Below are positions 7,540 to 12,478 of a stretch of 12,478 nucleotides of DNA, piece after piece. A program made the position numbers and the translations under genes. Under the pieces are notes generated by a model. The model was given only the letters and a program-made list of their open reading frames with translations, had not been told where the DNA came from and made no database searches. The first letter of the stretch is position 1; each line of letters starts with the position of its first letter. Source of the DNA: an uncultured archaeon (GTDB lineage Archaea; Asgardarchaeota; Heimdallarchaeia; Heimdallarchaeales; Heimdallarchaeaceae); assembly GCA_964549075.1 (NCBI GenBank), contig CAZJUB010000076.1, positions 1-12,478 on the forward strand. The letters are read 5' to 3'.

Positions 7540-8542
7540 CAATATTGATGAAATCTTTTCTACCTTCAGCAAATCTGATTATATTTTCTATCTGTTCATC
7601 CCATCGCTTTAAATCATTCATGGGTGATGCTCCTCTGTGAGGAGAGAGAACTACATTATCTAATTCATGAAAAGGGTACATTGAAGGAAATCTTCTACCT
7701 TGTTCATCTTCTTCAGGTTGATAATTATACCAAACATCGATGGCAGCACCTTTAATTCTATTTTCTTTTAAAGCCAGATACAAACTCCTTTCATCAATTA
7801 TAGGACCTCTGCCAATATTAACAAGCAAACCTTCTTTTCCAAGTAATTGCAATTCTTTGTCTTTGATTAAACCTTCAGTTTTAGATGTCAAGGGGACAGC
7901 AACAATCAAAATATCAATTTCCGTGAGAAATTCGTGGAGTTCTTCGATGGTGTATTTTGTAACAGAAGTTGGAAAAGAATTGGGTTCTTTACTCCAATCT
8001 CTCTTTAAAATCGAGAATTCAACATCAAAACCAGACAAGAATTTGTGTACAAGATGATTTACAGCTCCATAACCCAGAAAACCTACCTTTTGTCCTCTTA
8101 AAGGAATAGATTGGGCAAAGGAATCACCTCTTCTCCAATAGCCTTGAACCATCCAATTGTGATGAGGTATGACTTTATTCATTAATGCGAGAAGAATTGC
8201 TACAACATGTTGTGCAGTAAAGTAGGAATTTCCATGACCATTAACTAAGATTAATTCTCTATCTTCTGCTAACTCGTTGAATATAGGTATCAGATGTTGT
8301 ACTCCAGCACCTGGATTGATGAAAAGTTTAGTGTTCTTAGCTGTTTCAAGTAATTCTTTTGTTGGTCTCCAACCCATAATAATATCTGCTTCAGGAGCTA
8401 ATCTCATCAGAGTTTCTTGTTCGAGATCTGGTGGAATGATCAAGGTGATTTGAGGATAGTCTAACAAACCTTTTTCTAAATAGTTCTGGAGTCTCTCATT
8501 TGGTTTCCATATACAAAGAACATTGACATCTTTATTATTCAT
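7517..8542 (-). CDS. D-isomer-specific 2-hydroxyacid dehydrogenase family protein
   Basis: GAGVQH, Rossmann motif VGFLGYGAV, VPLTSKTEGLI, LVNIGRGPIIDE (catalytic Arg), GAAIDVW, NVVLSPHRG (catalytic His). Confidence 0.92.
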   Translation of the reverse strand: MNNKDVNVLCIWKPNERLQNYLEKGLLDYPQITLIIPPDLEQETLMRLAPEADIIMGWRPTKELLETAKNTKLFINPGAGVQHLIPIFNELAEDRELILVNGHGNSYFTAQHVVAILLALMNKVIPHHNWMVQGYWRRGDSFAQSIPLRGQKVGFLGYGAVNHLVHKFLSGFDVEFSILKRDWSKEPNSFPTSVTKYTIEELHEFLTEIDILIVAVPLTSKTEGLIKDKELQLLGKEGLLVNIGRGPIIDERSLYLALKENRIKGAAIDVWYNYQPEEDEQGRRFPSMYPFHELDNVVLSPHRGASPMNDLKRWDEQIENIIRFAEGRKDFINIVNLDEGY

Positions 8543-8633
8543 TAATTAGAAGAAAATGCAGGAAATAATAATCTTTACTCTTATAACTGTTTTTGTGAAT
8601 TATCTGATGTTAAACAAAAAATGAGGTAGTAAA

Positions 8634-8945
8634 ATGTCAAAAATAAAAATAACTGTTATTAAAAAATATAGTCCCAAGGATATTTTAGGACATGAATTTA
8701 TACGACCAGACGGTAAATCGATACCTATTTGTTCGTTTGATATAGGAGAAGAATTTATTGTTGATGAAACAGGAGATATGCCAGAAGGATTTTGTCATCA
8801 TGCTTGGTTTGGATTGTACAAAAATGTCCAAGTGTTGAAATATGGGGGAGGATTTCCTGATTGGACAGGAGAAGATAACATCTATAATGCATGTCCAGAT
8901 GGATTAAGACCTGTTATCTTCAAGCTAGAAAGAATAACAGAATGA
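8634..8945 (+). CDS. TIGR04076 family protein (small Cys-containing protein of unknown function)
   Basis: KIKITVIKK start, C...GEEFIV, MPEGFCHHAW, ACPDGLRPVIFKLERI. GAGGT at 8623-8627 upstream. Confidence 0.85.
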   Translation: MSKIKITVIKKYSPKDILGHEFIRPDGKSIPICSFDIGEEFIVDETGDMPEGFCHHAWFGLYKNVQVLKYGGGFPDWTGEDNIYNACPDGLRPVIFKLERITE

Positions 8946-9038
8946 AACCAACAAAATACAATATACAAGAAATAGACCAGTTATTTTCGTTATTAACGTA
9001 AGAAACTTTTAAACCTACTAAGAATCAAAACCTAATTG

Positions 9039-10319
9039 ATGATGTTTAATAAAGATTTAATTGAGCAGATTAGAGCTGCTTTTCCACGAGCTGAAACAGA
9101 TTTCAAAGGAAGAAAACGTGCGTTTTTTGACAATGGAACCGCAACTCTTGTTGTGGATAAAGCTGCGGAAGCAGAAGCAAAGGCACGAATTGACTGTAGT
9201 GCAAATGTTGGAGCTATTTTCGATGAATCTAAACAAGCTGAAACTGTTATTCAAAAAGGAAGACAAGCTGTAGCTGATTTTCTAAACGCTTCATCTCCTT
9301 CAACAATTGTTACAGGCGAATCTGCAACATCTTTAATGTTTAACTTAAGCTATGCTATTGGCAAGGATCTATCTGGCAAGGAAAATGTTGTAACTACTGA
9401 TTATGAGCACTATACTAACGTCAGCCCTTGGGTTGAATTAGAAAAAAGAGGGAAAATAACAAACCTTCGACATACTCGTTTGAATATGAATGAAGGTACT
9501 CTTGATCTTGATCATTTACAAGAATTGATTGATTCTAAAACAAAAGTTGTAACTATAACAGCCGCTTCTAACATGCTTGGAACAAAAGCGCCATTAAAGG
9601 AAATTGGAAAATTAACAAAAGAAGTTGGAGCATATTTTGTAGTTGATGCTGTGCACCATATTGCACACGGTCCTACAGATGTACAAACTATAGATTGTGA
9701 TTTTCTAGTCTTTTCAGGATACAAACTCTTCAGTTCTCATGGGAGTTATCTTTATGGAAAACAAGAACATCTTGAAGATCTCAAACCTTTCAAAGTTAAA
9801 CCAGCAACTAATATTCCTCCAGGAAAATTTGAGTGGGGAACAAGAAACCAAGCTACATTTGCAGCAATTAGTGGGGTAATGGAACATTTTCATTGGCTTT
9901 CCAAGAAAATTAATCCTGGCAATAGTAAAATGGATAAAAAGAATTCCCTTAAAATTGCAATGGAAGCTATAGAGGAATATGAAAAAGGTTTCTCAAAAGC
10001 CATATTAGAGGGAATAGATGATATTCCAGGTTTACTTGAGATGCCTGCTGTAACAATTTTTGGTTTGAAAGATGTAAATCGTATAGATGAAAGAGATCCT
10101 ACATTCTCTATTGAAGTGGATAATGTTTCTGGTGAAGAATTGGCTAAACGATTGTGGAAAGAAGCAGGTATAGCAGCTCGTGCAGGTCACTTCTATTCTT
10201 ATGCACAAGATGTGTATGAAAAACCTAAAGTCTATAGAATCAGTTTAGTTCATTATAATACACAAAAGGAAATCAAAACATTCCTTAAAGCATTGAATGA
10301 TATTGTTACAAAGAAATAA
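9039..10319 (+). CDS. Aminotransferase class V PLP enzyme, cysteine desulfurase-like (VC1184/TIGR01976-type)
   Basis: IRAAFP, FFDNGTAT, GESAT, DYEHYTNVSPW, ASNMLGT, VVDAVH, FSGYKLF (PLP lysine), KFEWGT, RAGHFY, RISLVHYNT. Start could be TTG9036, ATG9039 or ATG9042. Confidence 0.9.
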   Translation: MMFNKDLIEQIRAAFPRAETDFKGRKRAFFDNGTATLVVDKAAEAEAKARIDCSANVGAIFDESKQAETVIQKGRQAVADFLNASSPSTIVTGESATSLMFNLSYAIGKDLSGKENVVTTDYEHYTNVSPWVELEKRGKITNLRHTRLNMNEGTLDLDHLQELIDSKTKVVTITAASNMLGTKAPLKEIGKLTKEVGAYFVVDAVHHIAHGPTDVQTIDCDFLVFSGYKLFSSHGSYLYGKQEHLEDLKPFKVKPATNIPPGKFEWGTRNQATFAAISGVMEHFHWLSKKINPGNSKMDKKNSLKIAMEAIEEYEKGFSKAILEGIDDIPGLLEMPAVTIFGLKDVNRIDERDPTFSIEVDNVSGEELAKRLWKEAGIAARAGHFYSYAQDVYEKPKVYRISLVHYNTQKEIKTFLKALNDIVTKK

Positions 10320-10326
10320 AAAGAAA

Positions 10327-10433
10327 TGGCGCCACTCGTAGGACTCGAACCTACGACCTATCGGTTTTTGCAACCAATAGAAGCTCTAAAGGCCTTAACA
10401 GCCGATTGCTCTACCGAACTAAGCTAGAGTGGC
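10327..10433 (-). tRNA. tRNA-Asn(GTT) with a 30-nt canonical 37/38 intron; CCA encoded
   Basis: Minus strand: GCCACTC-TA-GCTT-AGTTCGGTA-GAGC-A-ATCGG-CT GTT A[30 nt]A-CCGAT-AGGTC-GTAGG-TTCGAGT-CCTAC-GAGTGGC-G-CCA. Confidence 0.95.
10366..10395 (-). other. tRNA intron at 37/38
   Basis: AGGCCTTTAGAGCTTCTATTGGTTGCAAAA. Internal GGCC/GGTT and TAGA/TCTA stems; central helix CTGT/GCAA has one C-A mismatch. Confidence 0.85.
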
Positions 10434-10467
10434 ATAACATTAACTGCAGTGCTTTTTCTTTCTTTTT

Positions 10468-10486
10468 CTTTTTAAACCTTTTTTTC
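10468..10486 (-). promoter_or_regulatory. Putative BRE/TATA promoter of tRNA-Asn
   Basis: Minus strand reads GAAAAAAAGG-TTTAAAAAG about 35-50 nt upstream of the mature tRNA 5' end. Confidence 0.4.
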
Positions 10487-10817
10487 TATTCTCTTATTTG
10501 ATAGGATTTTTTTTAACTGAAGAAGCATAATAAAACTAATAACCACAATTCAATCTTTTAATAAAGGATAGGATAGGATTTTATCTCTTTTAGGCCTTTT
10601 ACTGCTCAATTTGCAAGAACTTCCACCAGAGAACCCTTTAACTTATTGAGACAGAGCATAGTAAATAGGCCCGGGGTCTATAATATTTTTTTTTATTTGT
10701 TAATAATATCTCTATTTCCAAAATTTTGTTGAATCCCTAATTTTTTAAGAAAGCTCACATTAAGTTCTAGTTGAAAAATAACTGTAATCATACAGTATTA
10801 ATTTGAAGTGATCATGA

Positions 10818-11570
10818 ATGAAAGAAGTAGATGGCAAAGTTGCACTTGTGACTGGTGCAGCATTAGGAATCGGCAAAGAAATAGCATTAACTTTAGCTGA
10901 ATCTGGTGCCAAAATTATTATTGCTGATATTAAAAAGAATGATCTTGAACAAACTTTAACTGAGATTGAAAAACTTGGTGCAGAAGGTTTAGCTGTAATC
11001 TGTGATGTTTCCAAAACAGAAGATATAGATAAACTTGTAGAAAAAGCTTTGAACAAGTATGAAAGAATTGATATTCTTGTAAATAATGCTGGCATTTACC
11101 CCTATAACGCTTTTGTCGATATGTCAGTTGAAGACTGGAATAAAGTCATAGATATTAATCTTAGAGGCGTTTATTATTTGACCAAGTCCATAGTTCCCAC
11201 AATGATAAAGCAGAAATATGGAAAAATCGTAAATATAGCCTCTATTGCTGGAACAACAGTTGGATATGAACAACTAGTTCATTACTCTGCTAGTAAAGCT
11301 GGAATAGGTGGTTTCACTAAAGCTCTAGCTATGGAGATGGCTAAATACAAAATTAATGTTAATGCTATTTCTCCTGGAGCAATTAAAACACATGGAACAA
11401 GTGGTGTGACTAAAGAGCAAGAAGAGCAGGTTAAAATGATAATACCATTGAATAGATGGGGAGAACCTAAAGATATAGCTAATGCTGTACTATTCTTAGC
11501 AAGTGATAAATCAAGTTTCATAACAGGACAAAATATCGTAGTAGATGGAGGACAAACAACTCGCCCTTGA
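10818..11570 (+). CDS. Classical short-chain dehydrogenase/reductase (FabG-like fold, probably NAD-preferring)
   Basis: TGAALGIG, acidic residue after beta-2 (IIIADI), CDVS, LVNNAG, catalytic S and YSASK, NAISPG, ITGQNIVVDGG. Confidence 0.93.
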   Translation: MKEVDGKVALVTGAALGIGKEIALTLAESGAKIIIADIKKNDLEQTLTEIEKLGAEGLAVICDVSKTEDIDKLVEKALNKYERIDILVNNAGIYPYNAFVDMSVEDWNKVIDINLRGVYYLTKSIVPTMIKQKYGKIVNIASIAGTTVGYEQLVHYSASKAGIGGFTKALAMEMAKYKINVNAISPGAIKTHGTSGVTKEQEEQVKMIIPLNRWGEPKDIANAVLFLASDKSSFITGQNIVVDGGQTTRP

Positions 11571-11719
11571 TAACACCAAAAATCAAATTATTTTCATTTT
11601 TTTTACAAATACTTGAACTAAAATATAACTAGCTTATCATTAATCTAGCTGAAATATTAAAGTAGTTACAATCAAAATACTTTTTATTGGAATATGCTCA
11701 AAACTCCTTACTGAATATC

Positions 11720-11794
11720 GCCTCGGTAACTCAGTGGTAGAGTGATTGACTTGTAATCAATTAGTCGGGGGTTCAATTCCCCTCCGAGGCTCCA
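11720..11794 (+). tRNA. tRNA-Thr(TGT), intronless; CCA encoded
   Basis: GCCTCGG-TA-ACTC-AGTGGTA-GAGT-G-ATTGA-CT TGT AA-TCAAT-TAGTC-GGGGG-TTCAATT-CCCCT-CCGAGGC-T-CCA. Confidence 0.96.
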
Positions 11795-11853
11795 TTGTTT
11801 TTATTTATTTGTTCTTCAAGAAAGAATAAGAAGGTGTTTTTCAAAGAAAACTT

Positions 11854-12390
11854 ATGAGTAAAAAACAACCGGAAATTTTCAAACTAGAGAAATCAACTGA
11901 GCTCTCCCCTCAGGTTGCTACTTGGTATGGAATTATGGTGAAGGCAAGAGAATATTTGATAGAGATTGTTGAAGGTCTAGAAAAAGAAGCTTTAGATTTT
12001 ACTCCTCATGATAGGAAAATAGAAACAATTGGAACGCTTTTAATGCATATTGCTGCAGTTGAATGGAGCTGGATTTTCGAGGATATTGATGGGAAAGAGA
12101 TGGACTTTGAAAGATTCAAATATGGTTTTTCACTTAGACCAAGTCTCAATATTCCACAGATCAAAGACAAATCCAAACAATTCTACTTAGATGAGCTCAA
12201 AGATGTAAGAGAACATGTGTATAAGAGATTGTGTCAGTTAAAAGATGAAGAGCTTGAAACTATAGTCGGTACTGAAGAGGAGAAATATACTATTGAATGG
12301 ATTCTGTTCCATATTGCTGAGCATGAAATGATGCATATTGGACAGATATTACTTCTTAGGAGAATGTTCAGGCCACATTCTCAAAGTTAA
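11854..12390 (+). CDS. DinB/YfiT superfamily protein (DUF664-like)
   Basis: TIGTLLMHIAAVEWSW and WILFHIAEHEMMHIGQI provide the His metal-ligand pattern of DinB four-helix bundles. Confidence 0.88.
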   Translation: MSKKQPEIFKLEKSTELSPQVATWYGIMVKAREYLIEIVEGLEKEALDFTPHDRKIETIGTLLMHIAAVEWSWIFEDIDGKEMDFERFKYGFSLRPSLNIPQIKDKSKQFYLDELKDVREHVYKRLCQLKDEELETIVGTEEEKYTIEWILFHIAEHEMMHIGQILLLRRMFRPHSQS

Positions 12391-12423
12391 ATTTTTAATA
12401 ATGTAACTCAAAACAAAACTATC

Positions 12424-12478
12424 ATGATTTCTTTTGATGATTTTGAAAGAGTTGACATAAGAGTGGGTAAAATTGTTA
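12424..12478 (+). CDS. csaA: 5' fragment of a CsaA / Trbp111-like OB-fold tRNA-binding or chaperone protein (runs off the window)
   Basis: ATG12424 gives MISFDDFERVDIRVGKIV, matching the IxFDDFxKxDIRVGxI start of the CsaA/Trbp111/MetRS C-terminal domain. Only 18 codons are visible. Confidence 0.72.
   Translation, partial: MISFDDFERVDIRVGKIV

Noticed and set aside
10499-10649. GATAGGATTTT repeated at ~10500 and ~10572, a GGATA mini-tandem, and a short open frame ending LQELPPENPLTY
   Set aside because: Too short and low in complexity; the frame lacks a convincing start or length.
7740-11521. ORFs 7740-8057, 9057-9266, 9061-9273, 9512-9724, 10760-11095 and 11282-11521
   Set aside because: All overlap well-supported genes (dehydrogenase, PLP enzyme, SDR) and show no family motifs.
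450-11794. tRNA-anchored genomic island or provirus
   Set aside because: No integrase or transposase, and I found no duplicated tRNA 3' end (att site) in the window.

Overview
AT-rich archaeal-type DNA: two of its three tRNA genes carry bulge-helix-bulge (BHB) introns, and there are TATA-like promoters and T-tract terminators. An Asgard/Heimdallarchaeia-like origin is plausible but cannot be shown from this window. In order: the 3' part of a small membrane protein; tRNA-Val(GAC) with a non-canonical 31-nt T-loop intron (59/60); a dppBCDF-type peptide/nickel ABC transporter operon with no substrate-binding protein gene; an AhpD/CMD-family protein; a 2-hydroxyacid dehydrogenase; a TIGR04076-family protein; a class V PLP cysteine-desulfurase-like enzyme lacking the catalytic Cys; tRNA-Asn(GTT) with a 30-nt 37/38 intron; an SDR; tRNA-Thr(TGT); a DinB-family protein; and the start of a CsaA/tRNA-binding protein. 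The standout is the 873-aa DppB. It fuses a four-helix, possibly claudin-like membrane module, whose first outer loop holds seven 42-aa LVIVD repeats (predicted glycosylated 7-bladed beta-propeller), to the ABC permease. DppC also has two extra N-terminal helices.
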